From Candidatus Binataceae bacterium (GTDB lineage: Bacteria; Desulfobacterota; Binatia; Binatales; Binataceae), in assembly GCA_050011435.1 (NCBI GenBank), contig JBEKJC010000001.1, positions 85,556 through 149,555 on the forward strand: a DNA stretch of 64,000 bases, written 5' to 3'. This document shows, piece by piece, positions 7,683-19,836 of the stretch. The number at the start of each line of letters is the position of its first letter. Positions within the stretch are counted from its first letter, which is position 1. The position numbers were made by a program, and so were the translations under genes. The notes under the pieces are model-generated. The model did not search any database. It saw nothing but the letters and a program-made list of their open reading frames with translations, and was not told the DNA's origin.

Positions 7683-10360
7683 GCAGCACGCTCTTCGCGC
7701 GAAAGCAGGCAGACCGGAAATCGTGCGAGCAGGTTTGCCAGGAGCGTCTCACCGCCGTCGACGGCGTCGCCGGTCAATTCGTTGTGCCAGCGCCCGCGCG
7801 GCAGGGCAATCGCGGTCTCGGCCCAATCGCCGCCGAGCGTCAGCGGCAAGCGCGGAGCGATCGCGATCGCGCCATCGCCACGGCTGAACGCGATCGCGTG
7901 AGCGGCGCGGGTGCCGCGCGCGCGCAGCGGTTTGTAGTCGCCCTCGCGGCCGAAGAGTTGCGGCCGCCGCTGCCGCAAAGCGAGCGCCTGCCGCAGGAGC
8001 CAGAGCTTCGGCAGCCCTTCGTCGGCGCGCGCGATCACCTGCTCGACGGTCGCACAGCGAATTTCCGCGAGCAGGCGGCGCCGCAACGCGTAATCGACCG
8101 GCCGCCGATTGTCGGGATCGACCAGCGTAATGCTCCAGAGTTCGCCGCCTTGGTAAAAATCGGGGACGCCGGGCGCCGTCAGCTTGATCAGCGTCTGCGC
8201 GAGCGCGTTAACCCGTCCCGGCCAGACCAGCGGTGCCACGAACGCCGTCAGATCCGCCATGAATTCCCCATTGTCGAGTGCGCCTTCGATGAATCCCGCG
8301 AGCGATCGTTCGTATTCCTCATCGGGCGCGGTCCACGAGGTATGCAGCTTCGCTTCCCGCGCCGCCTTGCGCATGTAGTCCAGAATTCGATCGCGTTCGA
8401 TCGGCCACGCTCCGGCGAGAGTCTGGTAAAAGAGATACTCGAGGTTGCGATCGGAAAGTCCGCCGCGCCACCACGGCCGATTCATTTCGGACCATCCGCG
8501 CACCGCCGCGATCCAGCGATCCGGAATTTCCGACAGCAGGCTCATTCGCGCGCGCAGGTCGTCGCTGCGCTTGGTGTCGTGCGTGGAGGTCGTCAGCATG
8601 CGCCGCGGCCAGCGTGCTTGTGCGTTTTCGCATTCGCGATGAAACTGAACGGCCGCAACACCGAAGCGTGCCGGATCGCCGCCGACTTCGTTGAGCGCGG
8701 CGAAGCGGTTGAAGCAGTAAAAGGCGGTGTCCTCGATCGCCTTCGCCATCACCGGACCGGTGAGCTGCTGAAAGCGCATCGCGAGTTCCACCTCGAGCGG
8801 ACCGCGATGGTGCAACAGCAGAAGCTCGCGCAGGAAATCGAACAGGCGCTGATCGATATCGGGGCGATCGGCTTTGGCCCCTTCAATCGCCGCATCGATA
8901 TGGCGTTGATCGTCGGGGTGTATCGCTGCGTCCTCGGCTGCGCCCGCAGCATCGCCGGCTTCGCGCAGGTAGGTGCGATAGACCGGCAAGTGCGCGACGG
9001 CCGCGCATAGCGCTTCGTGCAATTCGTGGCGCGTGTAGTCGCGATGGCGCGGATGAAGCTCGCAGACTTCCACAAAAAGCGCGGTCAGGCGATTGAGGTC
9101 GCTGCCCAAGATTTCGCGCATCACGAAATCTTTCTTGGCCAGGGCGATGCGGGCGAAGTCAGCCGGTTCACCGGTGAACTCGGTGTAAAAGCGCGTGAGC
9201 GGCCGCTCTCCCGCCGGATCGATCAGCAGCCCCCCGACGCTATTCATGAAGTCGTAGCCCGTGCTCCCGGCGATCGGCCAGGACTCGCGCAGCGACTCTC
9301 CAGGTTCGAGAATTTTCTCGACCACTACCCACGCCGCCGGCTGTGCCTGATGCAGCCGCCGCAGGTACTGCTCGGGATCGCGCAGCCCGTCTATATGATC
9401 GACGCGGACGCCGTCCAGCGTGCCGTCCACCAGCCATCGCAGCACCAGGAAATGGGTGTCGGCAAAGACGTGCTCGTCTTCCATGCGCAGGCCGACGAGC
9501 GTGTTGATATCGAAGAATCTCCGATAGCCCAGATCGTGCGCGGCCGCACGCCAGTATGCGAGCCGGTAATTTTGCCGTTCGAGCAGGAGGTGCAGGGCGT
9601 CGCGTCGCTGATTGATCTCCTCGATGACCGCGTCGATCGCGGGACCGACTTCGCGATGCTCGCGGATCAGCCGCGTCAGGAAGGTACGCAGCACATCCTT
9701 GTCCCGATGGCGTCGGCGAGCCGTCTCCAGGCCGGTCGCGGTCGGCAATGGCAAACGCCCGAACGCGTCGGCGAGGAACGCCAGCTCGTCGGAACCGCAA
9801 CGCTCGGCGGCGGCGGACAAAATCGTGTCCAGGGATCGTGGAGCGACCGGGAACCGATGTTCATGATAGCGAAAGGTGAGCGCGGCGCCGTCGCGCTCGA
9901 GCACGATCTCGCCGGATTCCAGCACGACGCCGTATTGGTCGCCGAGCATCGGGATCAGCACCGAGTTGCGCAGCCGCTTTTCCGGCGTCTCCCAGTCGAC
10001 GTCGAAGTACGACGCATAGTTACTGGCCGGCCCGTTCTCGAGTACGTCCCACCACCAGGGATTATACGGGCTGACGATCGCCATGTGATTCGGCACCAGG
10101 TCGAGCACCTGCCCTAACCCGTGTTCGCGCAGTGCCGAATGCATCCGCGCATGTCCCGCCGCACCGCCCAGATCTTCGTTGATGCGGCGATGATCGACGA
10201 CGTCGTAGCCGTGGGTGCTGCCCGGAGTGGCCTGCAGATACGGTGAGCAGTAGAGATGGCTGATGCCGAGTTCGGCGAAGTATTCGGCCAGATTCGCCGC
10301 GTCATCGAAGGTGAAGCCGGAATGCAGTTGGACGCGATAGGTAGCGCGCGGTTCGACCAT
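7679..10360 (-). CDS. treY: Malto-oligosyltrehalose synthase
   Basis: 893 aa. N-terminus reads TYRVQLHSGFTFDDA...GISHLYCSPY; the GVRVDHIDGL motif is present. Confidence 0.85.
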   Translation of the reverse strand: MVEPRATYRVQLHSGFTFDDAANLAEYFAELGISHLYCSPYLQATPGSTHGYDVVDHRRINEDLGGAAGHARMHSALREHGLGQVLDLVPNHMAIVSPYNPWWWDVLENGPASNYASYFDVDWETPEKRLRNSVLIPMLGDQYGVVLESGEIVLERDGAALTFRYHEHRFPVAPRSLDTILSAAAERCGSDELAFLADAFGRLPLPTATGLETARRRHRDKDVLRTFLTRLIREHREVGPAIDAVIEEINQRRDALHLLLERQNYRLAYWRAAAHDLGYRRFFDINTLVGLRMEDEHVFADTHFLVLRWLVDGTLDGVRVDHIDGLRDPEQYLRRLHQAQPAAWVVVEKILEPGESLRESWPIAGSTGYDFMNSVGGLLIDPAGERPLTRFYTEFTGEPADFARIALAKKDFVMREILGSDLNRLTALFVEVCELHPRHRDYTRHELHEALCAAVAHLPVYRTYLREAGDAAGAAEDAAIHPDDQRHIDAAIEGAKADRPDIDQRLFDFLRELLLLHHRGPLEVELAMRFQQLTGPVMAKAIEDTAFYCFNRFAALNEVGGDPARFGVAAVQFHRECENAQARWPRRMLTTSTHDTKRSDDLRARMSLLSEIPDRWIAAVRGWSEMNRPWWRGGLSDRNLEYLFYQTLAGAWPIERDRILDYMRKAAREAKLHTSWTAPDEEYERSLAGFIEGALDNGEFMADLTAFVAPLVWPGRVNALAQTLIKLTAPGVPDFYQGGELWSITLVDPDNRRPVDYALRRRLLAEIRCATVEQVIARADEGLPKLWLLRQALALRQRRPQLFGREGDYKPLRARGTRAAHAIAFSRGDGAIAIAPRLPLTLGGDWAETAIALPRGRWHNELTGDAVDGGETLLANLLARFPVCLLSREERAA

Positions 10361-10378
10361 CTGAAGGCCCAGCGTATT

Positions 10379-12595
10379 TCAGAATTGCGGGACTTCCAAC
10401 CAGATTATCGCTAGCGGCGGAAGTATCAGCGACAATGAAAACTCGAGGCCGTGATGGGCGGTATGCTCGGCCATCACCGCGCCGGCATTGCCGACATTGC
10501 CGCCGCCATAGCTATTGGAATCGGTATTGAGAATCTCGCGATAAAGTCCGGCGGCCGGAACCCCCACGCGATATCCATTACGCACTACCGGCGAGAAATT
10601 GCAGACGCAGATTATCCGGCGGCCGCGCTGCGGCGCGATGCGCATAAACGCGACCACATTGTCGTCCACATTGTCGGCGTCGATAAAGCGAAACCCGCTC
10701 GGGTCGCCATCCGCTTCCCATAGCGCCGGCTCTTCCCGATAGATGCGGTTCAAGTCGCGCATCAGCGCCTGCAGTCCGCGATGGTCGTCGTATTCAAGCA
10801 GGTTCCAGTCCAGGCTCTCGTCGTGGTCCCACTCGCGCCATTGGCCGAATTCGCCGCCCATGAAGATCATCTTCTTTCCCGGACGCGCCCACATATAGCC
10901 ATAGAGCGCGCGCAGATTGGCGAACTGCTGCCCGCGATCGCCCGGCATCTTCGAGAGCAGCGATCCTTTCCGATGCACGACCTCGTCATGCGACAGCGGC
11001 AGGATGAAGTGCTCGCTCCAGGCGTATAGAAAACCGAACGTCACGTCGCGATGGTGATAGCGGCGGTATATCGGATCCTTCGAAAAATACTCGAGCGTGT
11101 CGTGCATCCAGCCCATGTCCCATTTGAAGCCGAAGCCCAGGCCGCCCAGGTAGATCGGACGGCTGACCGCGGGCCATGCGGTCGATTCTTCGGCGATCAT
11201 CATGATTCCCGGATTGCGCGCATATGCCGCGGTGTTGAGCGCCTTGATGAAATCGACCGCCTCGATATTTTCGCGACCGCCATACTGATTCGGAATCCAT
11301 TCGCCCTCGTTGCGCCCGTAATCGAGGTAGAGCATCGAGGCCACCGCGTCCACGCGCAGTCCGTCCGCATGATATTCGCCAAGCCACCACAGCGCGCTGG
11401 CGACCAGGAAGTTGCGCACTTCATCGCGGCCATAGTTGAAAATGTAGGTATCCCACTCGGGATGATGGCCTTTGCGCGCGTCCAGATGTTCATACAGCGC
11501 GGTGCCGTCGAAGCGGCCGAGCGCAAACGCATCGGTCGGGAAATGCGCCGGTACCCAATCCAGGATCACGCCGATTCCGCGCCGGTGCAGATAGTCAATC
11601 AGATAGCGAAAATCGTCGGGACTGCCGTAGCGCGCGGTCGGCGCAAAATAGCCAGTCACCTGGTAACCCCACGAACCGGTAAACGGATGCTCCATCACGG
11701 GCATCAACTGGACATCCGTGAAGCCCATCTCGGTGACGTAGTCGGCCAGCATCGGCGCCAATTCGCGATAGGTAAGCGTTCGGTTTTGCTCTTCGGGCAC
11801 TCGCCGCCACGACCCCAGATGCACCTCGTAAATCGATAGCGGCGATCGCGCCGCATCGCGCCGCCCCCGCGCCTCCATCCACTCGCCGTCGCCGAAAACA
11901 AAGTCCGATTGATATGTCACCGAAGCGGTCGCCGGTGGCGCCTCCGCCGCCGCCGCAAAAGGATCGGCCTTCAGCAGCAGGTCGCCGTCCCGCGTCCGGA
12001 TCTCAAACTTGTAACGCGCGCCGACTCCAATTCCCGGTATAAACAGCTCCCAGATTCCCGACGGACCGAGCGATCGCATCAAGTGGATGCGCCCGTCCCA
12101 ACCGTTGAAATCGCCCACCACGCTGACGCCGCGCGCGTTTGGAGCCCAGACCGCAAAGGCGAAGCCCGCGGCATCGTCGATCTCACGCGCGTGTGCCCCG
12201 AGTTTTTCGTAAATCCGTTCGTGCCGCCCTTCGTTCCACAAATGCAGGTCGAGGCTCCCGATCGTCGGCAAAAACGCGTAAGGGTCGCGAAACGTCACGA
12301 TCTCGCTGTCTGAGTAATGCACGCGCAGTTGATACGGGAAGACTTCGGCGCGATCCTTGATTAGCACTTCGAACAGGCCGCGCGGATCGATGCGCGCCAT
12401 GCGCCACGAATGTGCATCGCCGGCGATTACCGAGACCTGCTTTGCATCCGGCCGAAACGCCCGAATCGTGACACCTTCCGCGCCTGGATGCGCCCCGAGA
12501 ATCGAATGGGGATCCTGATGGCGCAGCGTGATCAGCCGTTCCAACTCCGCGGTCGCAATGCCGCCGCGATTCACCTCGGTGCCGGACTCCTTCAC
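10379..12595 (-). CDS. glgB: 1,4-alpha-glucan branching enzyme
   Basis: 738 aa. N-terminal CBM48 region followed by a GH13 core with DWVPAHF and GLRVDAV motifs. Confidence 0.9.
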   Translation of the reverse strand: MKESGTEVNRGGIATAELERLITLRHQDPHSILGAHPGAEGVTIRAFRPDAKQVSVIAGDAHSWRMARIDPRGLFEVLIKDRAEVFPYQLRVHYSDSEIVTFRDPYAFLPTIGSLDLHLWNEGRHERIYEKLGAHAREIDDAAGFAFAVWAPNARGVSVVGDFNGWDGRIHLMRSLGPSGIWELFIPGIGVGARYKFEIRTRDGDLLLKADPFAAAAEAPPATASVTYQSDFVFGDGEWMEARGRRDAARSPLSIYEVHLGSWRRVPEEQNRTLTYRELAPMLADYVTEMGFTDVQLMPVMEHPFTGSWGYQVTGYFAPTARYGSPDDFRYLIDYLHRRGIGVILDWVPAHFPTDAFALGRFDGTALYEHLDARKGHHPEWDTYIFNYGRDEVRNFLVASALWWLGEYHADGLRVDAVASMLYLDYGRNEGEWIPNQYGGRENIEAVDFIKALNTAAYARNPGIMMIAEESTAWPAVSRPIYLGGLGFGFKWDMGWMHDTLEYFSKDPIYRRYHHRDVTFGFLYAWSEHFILPLSHDEVVHRKGSLLSKMPGDRGQQFANLRALYGYMWARPGKKMIFMGGEFGQWREWDHDESLDWNLLEYDDHRGLQALMRDLNRIYREEPALWEADGDPSGFRFIDADNVDDNVVAFMRIAPQRGRRIICVCNFSPVVRNGYRVGVPAAGLYREILNTDSNSYGGGNVGNAGAVMAEHTAHHGLEFSLSLILPPLAIIWLEVPQF

Positions 12596-12982
12596 TGCCC
12601 CTCCTCGCCCTCCATGAATTCCACTTCGACCAGCGCTGGTTGCGCGCCTCCGCTCTTCTCACCCAATGGTATTATATCCGTGATGCGCGCGCTGCGGACC
12701 TTGTCGGCATAATCCCGCAGCCGTCGACATTGCCGCAGGCAAAGCTTGGATTGCGCCATCGTTGCGTTAAACTCCCGCTCAAGAGATTTAGCAGGGTGTC
12801 AAGCAACCGTGAAAATGCCAATTTCGGCGACGCGCTATCCCACCTCGCCCCCGAACTGATGCGCCGCCCTATGAGGATATTCGACAATCCAGTGATGCTG
12901 CTCTATTGCCCACCCGAAGGCGTGCGTCAGATTAAAGGCTCGCGCATGATCGCAATCGCCCTCCGAATGTGCCCGTACCCCG

Positions 12983-14410
12983 ATGGCCACGCGCGGTAAC
13001 CCTCGCCTCGTTCCGGCCGGGGCCTCGTCCGCGGCCTTCGAGATCGCGGGCGACGAGGTCGCCATCGGCAGTGCGCCCGGCAACGATCTCGTCGTTGGCG
13101 ATCCCACCGTATCGCGCCGTCACGCGACCATCGCACGCCACCATAATCGCGTGCGGCTGACCGACCTCGGCGCGACCAACGGAACTTACGTCAACGGCAG
13201 CCGCATATCGAAACCGGTTGACCTCAAGGACGGCGATGAGCTTCGCTTCGGCGCCGCGATCTTTCGCTTTGCCGCGAGCGCCCCCGCGCGGCGTTCGGGT
13301 CCGCGCGCCATCCCCGCAATCGTCGCGCTCGTGCTCATTTTCGCCGCCGGCTTTGCGGTTACCCTGCATATGGTTAATTTCAACCGCCTCCAGCAGGCCG
13401 CCGAAATCTCGCCCCCGCCATCTAGCTCGACCAACGGAATTTCGCCGCGCGTTGCAGGCTCATCCGCCGCCGGCCCCGCTGCCGGTGCGACCGCTCGACC
13501 CGAGGCTCCCGCTATACCTCCACTGCCCGCGCCGACTGCATCGCCCGTTACCGCCGTCCACGATTCTATCCCCCTCGCGGATCGCCTGTGGCTCGACCCG
13601 CTAAATCGGTATCGCCAAAGCGCAGGCGTCCCTCCGGTGACCGCTAATTCGAACCTCAGTCGCGGCGATTATCTGCACTCGCGCTATATCGTAAAGAACT
13701 TCGGCGCGCGTCTCGCCGCCCGTGAGAACCTCGGTCCCGAGATGCACTTCGAAGATTCGTCAAAACCCTGGTACAGCGTCGCGGGAGCGGCTGCGGGCCG
13801 CGCCGGCGATGTCGACGAGATGTGGAATCCGCGTGGCACCGCGTCGCCCTCATGGGCGCTCGACAATTGGATGCAGTCGCCCTTCCATCGGCTACCCATC
13901 CTCAATCCGCATCTGCACAGCGTCGGCTATAGCTACTATTGCGAGGGCGCAATGTGTATCGCCGCGCTCAATCTCAACAGCGACGTCGACCCCATATTGT
14001 CCGCGCCGGCGCCTTTCGCGACGCCGATCGAGTACCCGCCCAACGGCGCCTCGATTGAGATGAATTCGTTCGATGGAGAATGGCCCGATCCTCTCGCGAG
14101 TTGCTCCGGCTACTCACTACCGGCCGGATACCCAATTACTCTTCAGCTCGGTTCGATGGTTAATCCCGGCTTCACCAGTGTCTCTTTCAAGCGTACGGCG
14201 CCCGCGTCCGCCACGCTCGAAGCCTGCGCGTTCGACGGCAATTCCTATCGCAATCCGGATCCGGGAACACAGAAGATGATCCGCTATCAACTGATCAACT
14301 TCGGCGCGATCGTCATCATGCCGCGCGCTCCGCTCACGCGCGGTACCTACTCGGTGTCGATAGTCGCCGGGGGCCGCGACTACTCATGGTCCTTTGCCGT
14401 CGAACATTGA
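12983..14410 (+). CDS. FHA domain-containing membrane protein with a C-terminal extracytoplasmic domain (possibly CAP/SCP-like)
   Basis: N-terminal FHA signature: VVGDPTVSRRHATIARHHNRVRLTDLGATNGTYVNG...DGDELRFG. One transmembrane segment, AIPAIVALVLIFAAGFAV, a Pro/Ser/Ala-rich linker, then a roughly 250 aa Cys-containing domain. Confidence 0.65.
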   Translation: MATRGNPRLVPAGASSAAFEIAGDEVAIGSAPGNDLVVGDPTVSRRHATIARHHNRVRLTDLGATNGTYVNGSRISKPVDLKDGDELRFGAAIFRFAASAPARRSGPRAIPAIVALVLIFAAGFAVTLHMVNFNRLQQAAEISPPPSSSTNGISPRVAGSSAAGPAAGATARPEAPAIPPLPAPTASPVTAVHDSIPLADRLWLDPLNRYRQSAGVPPVTANSNLSRGDYLHSRYIVKNFGARLAARENLGPEMHFEDSSKPWYSVAGAAAGRAGDVDEMWNPRGTASPSWALDNWMQSPFHRLPILNPHLHSVGYSYYCEGAMCIAALNLNSDVDPILSAPAPFATPIEYPPNGASIEMNSFDGEWPDPLASCSGYSLPAGYPITLQLGSMVNPGFTSVSFKRTAPASATLEACAFDGNSYRNPDPGTQKMIRYQLINFGAIVIMPRAPLTRGTYSVSIVAGGRDYSWSFAVEH

Positions 14411-14450
14411 CCATATTGATCATAGCCTCATCCCAAGCAGGCGCAGTGTC

Positions 14451-16115
14451 CTACTCACTTGCGCCCTTCGCATTGCGCTCGAATACGCAGTTAATCAGCG
14501 CCTGGGCTTCATGCTGAATCACCCGCAAATGCTCGATGTCCCGAAAACTCTCCGCGTAAATCTTGTAAACCTCTTCGGTCCCCGATGGCCGCGCGGCGAA
14601 CCACCCGCTCTTGGTCACAACCTTGAGTCCGCCAATCGCCGCTCCGTTGCCGGGTGCGGTAGTCAACTTCGCGATAATTTTCTCTCCCGCGAGTTCATCA
14701 GCCTCCACCTGTTCGGGCGCCAACTTCGCGAGGATCGCTTTCTGCCGTGGAGTCGCCGGCGCATCGATACGTTCATATACCGGCGTGCCAAACTCGCGCA
14801 TCAGCGCGGTGTATAGTTCCCCCGGGTCGCTGCCCGTTTTCGCGGTCATCTCCGCGGCCAGCAGCCCCAGGATGATTCCGTCCTTATCGGTCGTCCACAC
14901 GCTGCCGTCCATCCGCAGGAACGATGCGCCCGCGCTTTCTTCGCCGCCAAAGCCTAGCGAACCATCGCTCAGTCCATCGACGAACCACTTGAAGCCCACC
15001 GGCACCTCGACCAATCGCCGTCCCAGCTTTGCCGTCACGCGATCGATCATGCTGCTGCTGACGACGGTCTTGCCCACTGCCGCGTCTCTCGGCCAGCTTT
15101 TACGGTTCTCGAACAAATATGCTATCGCTACTGCCAAATAGTGATTTGGATTGAGCAATCCCGCCGTGCGAGTGACTATTCCGTGCCGGTCGTTGTCGGT
15201 GTCGTTGGCAAACGCTACGTCGAAGCGATCGCGCATGCTCACAAGTCCGGCCATCGCGTAGGGAGAAGAACAATCCATCCGAATCTTGCCGTCCCAATCG
15301 ACGCGCATGAAGCGAAAGGTCGGGTCCACGCTGTCGTTCACCACCGTCGCGGCGATCCCGTAACGATCGATGATCGGACCCCAGTAATGCACCCCCGCCC
15401 CGCCCAGCGGATCCACGCCGATTCTCACGCCCGCACTGCGAATCGCCTCCATATCGACGACCTTGCCCAAATCGGCGACGTAATTATCAATGAAGTCGTA
15501 TCGATGAGTCGTCGGCGCAGCGAGCGCCCTGGTCATTGGCACTCGCGGTACGCCCAACAGGTCCGCGGCCATAAGTATATTGGCCTGCTCCTCGATCCAT
15601 TTTGTGGCCTTGCTATCGGCGGGTCCGCCGTGCGGGGGGTTGTATTTCAAACCGCCGTCGGCCGGTGGATTGTGTGACGGCGTTATCACGATGCCGTCGG
15701 CTAGTTTCGATTTTCGACCGCGATTGTACGTGAGGATTGCGTGCGACACCGCCGGCGTCGGCGTATAACCGCGATTCCGATCGATCATGACCTCGACACG
15801 GTTCCCGGCCAGAACCTCCATCGCGCTGGCAAACGCCGGCTCGGAAAGCGCGTGCGTATCGATGCCGAGAAACAGCGGCCCATCGATACCCTGGCTCTTG
15901 CGATAGATGCAGATCGCCTGCGTGATGGCGATGATGTGGTATTCGTTGAAGGCGCTGTCGAAGGCGCAGCCGCGATGGCCCGAGGTGCCGAACGCCACTC
16001 GCTGTGCTGCGATCGACGCGTCCGGCCGCTCGCTGTAATATGCGGTTATCAGGCGCGGCACGTTCACCAGCGTTTTCGGATCGGCGAGCTTGCCCGCAAG
16101 TGGACTGATATTCAT
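14451..16115 (-). CDS. pgm: Phosphoglucomutase, alpha-D-glucose phosphate-specific
   Basis: 554 aa. GTSGHRG active-site loop and TPSHNP metal-binding-loop context. Confidence 0.9.
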   Translation of the reverse strand: MNISPLAGKLADPKTLVNVPRLITAYYSERPDASIAAQRVAFGTSGHRGCAFDSAFNEYHIIAITQAICIYRKSQGIDGPLFLGIDTHALSEPAFASAMEVLAGNRVEVMIDRNRGYTPTPAVSHAILTYNRGRKSKLADGIVITPSHNPPADGGLKYNPPHGGPADSKATKWIEEQANILMAADLLGVPRVPMTRALAAPTTHRYDFIDNYVADLGKVVDMEAIRSAGVRIGVDPLGGAGVHYWGPIIDRYGIAATVVNDSVDPTFRFMRVDWDGKIRMDCSSPYAMAGLVSMRDRFDVAFANDTDNDRHGIVTRTAGLLNPNHYLAVAIAYLFENRKSWPRDAAVGKTVVSSSMIDRVTAKLGRRLVEVPVGFKWFVDGLSDGSLGFGGEESAGASFLRMDGSVWTTDKDGIILGLLAAEMTAKTGSDPGELYTALMREFGTPVYERIDAPATPRQKAILAKLAPEQVEADELAGEKIIAKLTTAPGNGAAIGGLKVVTKSGWFAARPSGTEEVYKIYAESFRDIEHLRVIQHEAQALINCVFERNAKGASE

Positions 16116-16163
16116 AAGTGAAACCTGTTCGCGTCGATATCGTGTCGATATCGTATTCCGGTT

Positions 16164-18563
16164 CTAGTACGGCCACCGCCAATTGGTGATCTCGGGCCGA
16201 TCGATTCCATTCTCCTGCGCGTATTCGAGATGCCCGCAAATCTCGTCCTTGAGCCATTCCTTTATGTGCGCTCCCGACGATTGCAGCTTCGGTACGCGGT
16301 CGATTACATCGATTGCCAGGTTGAAGCGATCGGCCTGATTATTAATCGCCAATTGTAGCGGTGTATTGATGTTGCCTTTTTCCTTGTAGCCCCGCACGTG
16401 CATGTTGTCGTGATTGCTGTGCCGATACGCGAGTTTGTGTATCAGCCACGGATATCCGTGAAAATTAAAGATTACCGGTTTATCAACTGTGAATAGGCTG
16501 TCGAAGTCGCGCTCGGAAAGACCGTGCGGATGCTCGCTCTGCGGCGCCAGCCTGAAAAGATCGACCACGTTGACGAAGCGAATCCGCAAGGCCGGAAATT
16601 TATCGCGCAGGATCGCCGTCGCCGCCAACGCTTCGATTGTCGCCACGTCCCCCGCCGATGCCATTACTACATCGGTCTCGCCGTTCTGATCCGTTGACGC
16701 CCAGTCCCACAGCCCGATCCCCTTCGTGCAATGTTTGACGGCTTCTTCCATCGTCAGGTACTGCGGATGCGGTTGTTTGTCGGCCACGATCACGTTGACG
16801 TAGTTGACGCTGCGCAAGCAATGGTCACCGACGCTCAATAGGCAGTTCGCGTCCGGCGGCAGATAGATGCGCGTCACCGCCGGGCTCTTGTTGGTGACTA
16901 CGTCGATGAAGCCCGGATCCTGATGCGTGAAGCCGTTATGATCCTGCCGCCACACCGTCGAGCTGATGAGTATGTTGAGCGATGATATCGGCGCTCGCCA
17001 CGGCACCGACGTGATGCTCTTCTCGATCCATTTTGCGTGCTGATTTACCATTGAGTCGATGATGTGCGCGAACGCTTCGTAGGTGTTCAGCAGGCCGTGC
17101 CGTCCGGTCAGCAAATAGCCCTCCAGCCAACCCTCCAGCGTATGCTCGCTGAGCATCTCCATCACGCGCCCGTCGGGCGCGAGTTCGCTGCCGTCGCTGT
17201 CCTCGGGCTTGTATTCGGCGAGCCAGGTCTTCTTGCTTGCTTCGTAAATCGCGTCGAGTTTGTTGGAGGCGGTCTCGTCCGGCCCGAAGACCCGGAAGTT
17301 GTCCATGTTCTTGCGCATTACGTCGCGCAGGAATTGCCCGAATACATAAGTATTCGGCGCTTCCGAATGGCCGGGGCGCGTGACCTTCACCGCATAATCG
17401 CGAAACCGCGGCAGCTTGAGCGGTTTGCGCACCAGCCCACCGTTGGCGCGCGGATTCGCGCTGATGCGGCGATCGCCGGCCGGCGCCATTTCCCGCAGTT
17501 CAGGCATCGGCGCCCCGCGCTCGTCGAATAGCTCTTCCGGACCATAACTGCGCATCCACGTCTCGACCATTTTCAGATGAGCCGGGTTAGTCACAGGATC
17601 CGTTATCGGCACCTGATGCGCGCGCCAGAAGCCTTCCAGCCGCTTGCCGTCGATCTCCTTCGGACACGTCCAGCCCTTCGGCGTGCGCATCACGATCATC
17701 GGCCATCGCGGACGGCTCGCGCCCGCCGCACCGCCTTTGCGCGCATTTCCCTGGATCTCGCGAATCTCCAGGATGCAGCGCTCCAGCGTCCCGGCCATCA
17801 TCTGATGCACCGCCCGCGGTTCGTCACCCTCCACAACGTAGGATTTATAGCCATATCCGGAGAGCAGGCTGTCCAGCTCCTCGGGCGCGATACGCGCCAG
17901 GATTGCAGGATTCGCGATTTTGTAGCCGTTCAGATGAAGAATCGGCAGCACCGCACCGTCGCGCACCGGATTGAGAAATTTGTTCGAGTGCCACGATGTC
18001 GCCAGCGGACCGGTTTCCGCTTCGCCGTCGCCAATCACCGCCACTGCGATCAGTGCGGGATTGTCAAAGACCGCGCCGTACGCGTGCGACAAGCTATAGC
18101 CGAGTTCTCCCCCCTCGTGGATCGAGCCCGGAGTTTCGGGCGTGCAATGGCTGCCGATGCCTCCCGGAAATGAGAAAAGCTTGAAGAACTGCCGCATCCC
18201 CTCGGCGTCGAGACTGCGGTCCGGATAGACTTCCGAATACACGCCCTCGAGATAACTGTTCGCGAGCGTCGCCGGCGCACCGTGGCCGGGCCCCGACAGA
18301 TAGAGCACGTCCAGATCGTAATTCTTGATGAGGCGGTTTAGATGTACCCAGACTAGCGACTGGCCGGGGTCGGATCCCCAGTGGCCGAGTAAGCGATTCT
18401 TGATGTGCTCGGGCTTCAGCGGCTCGCGCAACAGCGGATTGTCCTGCAGATAGAGCATCCCTGCGCTGAGGTAATTGCAGGCGCGCCAGTAGGCGTTGAG
18501 CCTGCGCAATTCGTCCGCGCTCAACGCCGCTTGCGGCGTTTGCCTGCCCATGTTCGATGCCAT
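16164..18563 (-). CDS. xfp: Xylulose-5-phosphate/fructose-6-phosphate phosphoketolase
   Basis: 799 aa. [23 protein letters not shown] and the TPP-binding region are characteristic of the XFP family. Confidence 0.9.
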   Translation of the reverse strand: MASNMGRQTPQAALSADELRRLNAYWRACNYLSAGMLYLQDNPLLREPLKPEHIKNRLLGHWGSDPGQSLVWVHLNRLIKNYDLDVLYLSGPGHGAPATLANSYLEGVYSEVYPDRSLDAEGMRQFFKLFSFPGGIGSHCTPETPGSIHEGGELGYSLSHAYGAVFDNPALIAVAVIGDGEAETGPLATSWHSNKFLNPVRDGAVLPILHLNGYKIANPAILARIAPEELDSLLSGYGYKSYVVEGDEPRAVHQMMAGTLERCILEIREIQGNARKGGAAGASRPRWPMIVMRTPKGWTCPKEIDGKRLEGFWRAHQVPITDPVTNPAHLKMVETWMRSYGPEELFDERGAPMPELREMAPAGDRRISANPRANGGLVRKPLKLPRFRDYAVKVTRPGHSEAPNTYVFGQFLRDVMRKNMDNFRVFGPDETASNKLDAIYEASKKTWLAEYKPEDSDGSELAPDGRVMEMLSEHTLEGWLEGYLLTGRHGLLNTYEAFAHIIDSMVNQHAKWIEKSITSVPWRAPISSLNILISSTVWRQDHNGFTHQDPGFIDVVTNKSPAVTRIYLPPDANCLLSVGDHCLRSVNYVNVIVADKQPHPQYLTMEEAVKHCTKGIGLWDWASTDQNGETDVVMASAGDVATIEALAATAILRDKFPALRIRFVNVVDLFRLAPQSEHPHGLSERDFDSLFTVDKPVIFNFHGYPWLIHKLAYRHSNHDNMHVRGYKEKGNINTPLQLAINNQADRFNLAIDVIDRVPKLQSSGAHIKEWLKDEICGHLEYAQENGIDRPEITNWRWPY

Positions 18564-18923
18564 CTGGCTTCTCCTCGATTTTCCGTTCGCTCATTCGTGC
18601 CGTCGCGATCGGTTGCGGCTCCGTGAAAGCGCAGCGGCGCGTCGCCGTCCCTCGAATGCTGACGCGGCCCGATGATCTAGGCAAGCTTGAATTCCCGCGC
18701 GCCGCGAACGCACAAGCACAATTCATGTTCCCGAAATGTGACTATTGCGGCACGACACCCCGCCTCGGCAGTTCCCCTCGCGGCCGGCCCCGCGCGACGA
18801 ATCGTAGCGCATCGGCGACAACGGCCGTTAGCCGATCCGGTGCGACGCGCCGATCGCAGTGCCCGCCGCGGCCTGCCGGCCTGCCGTTATGCATCGACAA
18901 ATGCCGGACCGCTTATCCGTGCG

Positions 18924-19826
18924 TTACTGTTGCTGGCCGCCGGGAGATCCGCCGGAGGTGCCACCGTTGTCGGTGAATTCGACGCGAAGATCGACCGTCA
19001 TCAGCGCCTCGCCGCCGCCGTTGCGGTACACCCCCCGCAATGGCGGGACGTCGGCGTAGTCGCGTCCGATCGCAACTACGATATGGCGTCCATCTGTAGC
19101 GCATCGATGCGTCGGATCGTAGCCGCACCAGCCGAGGCCGGGTAGCCACGCCTCCAGCCACGCGTGACTCGCCTGTGCCGTCACGTCCAATCCGCTGCTC
19201 GCCGCCAGCGGCGCAAGATAGCCCGAAACGTAGCGCGCCGGGACTCCCGCCAGGCGCAAAATTCCGATAGTGAGATGGGCGAAATCCTGGCATACGCCGC
19301 CGCCGCTATTGAGTATGTCGTTCAGACTCGAATGGACATGCGTCGACCTGGTTTCATATTCAAATTGGTCGCGTACATACTCCACCATCCGCATCACGTA
19401 GCTTCCGATGTCTTCCTGTTCCTGCGGACGCGCCATCCAGAAAAATTTTCGCAGCCGTTCGCTGAACGGTATAAACTCACTTGGACTGAGATACTCACAA
19501 TAGACATTGTTGCGGACCGCGTCGCCGCGCAAAAATTCGGCCAAAGTGACGCCGGTTGTCGCAGGTGTCGCGGGCGGCTCCACTTCGACGATCGATTTTG
19601 CGACAATCTCCAGCTTGCGATGCGGTACGCTCACCGAGATCGAATGTGCTCGATTGCCGAAGAAATCGCTGTATTCCACCGTCGACGCCGGCTCATTGAC
19701 GCTCAAATCGAAGGCCAGGCAGCGCTGGCCGTCGCGATCCCACGGGCGCATGCGCAACTCGTTCTGCGAGTCGGAGGCCGGCTCCGCATACTCGAACCGC
19801 GTCGTATGGATTATACGGTAGCGCAT
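18924..19826 (-). CDS. Transglutaminase-like family protein (Bact_transglu_N plus transglutaminase core)
   Basis: Start moved to the internal ATG that begins MRYRIIHTTRFEYAEPASDSQNELRMRP, the typical N-terminus of this family. The core contains a CQDFAHL-like Cys motif. Confidence 0.75.
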   Translation of the reverse strand: MRYRIIHTTRFEYAEPASDSQNELRMRPWDRDGQRCLAFDLSVNEPASTVEYSDFFGNRAHSISVSVPHRKLEIVAKSIVEVEPPATPATTGVTLAEFLRGDAVRNNVYCEYLSPSEFIPFSERLRKFFWMARPQEQEDIGSYVMRMVEYVRDQFEYETRSTHVHSSLNDILNSGGGVCQDFAHLTIGILRLAGVPARYVSGYLAPLAASSGLDVTAQASHAWLEAWLPGLGWCGYDPTHRCATDGRHIVVAIGRDYADVPPLRGVYRNGGGEALMTVDLRVEFTDNGGTSGGSPGGQQQ

Positions 19827-19836
19827 CCGGGCCGCC

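Noticed and set aside
7487-10117. Two long plus-strand ORFs (507 aa and 366 aa) antisense to treY
   Set aside because: They lie entirely inside the treY coding region and have Arg/Ala-rich composition; the minus-strand frame has clear TreY motifs.
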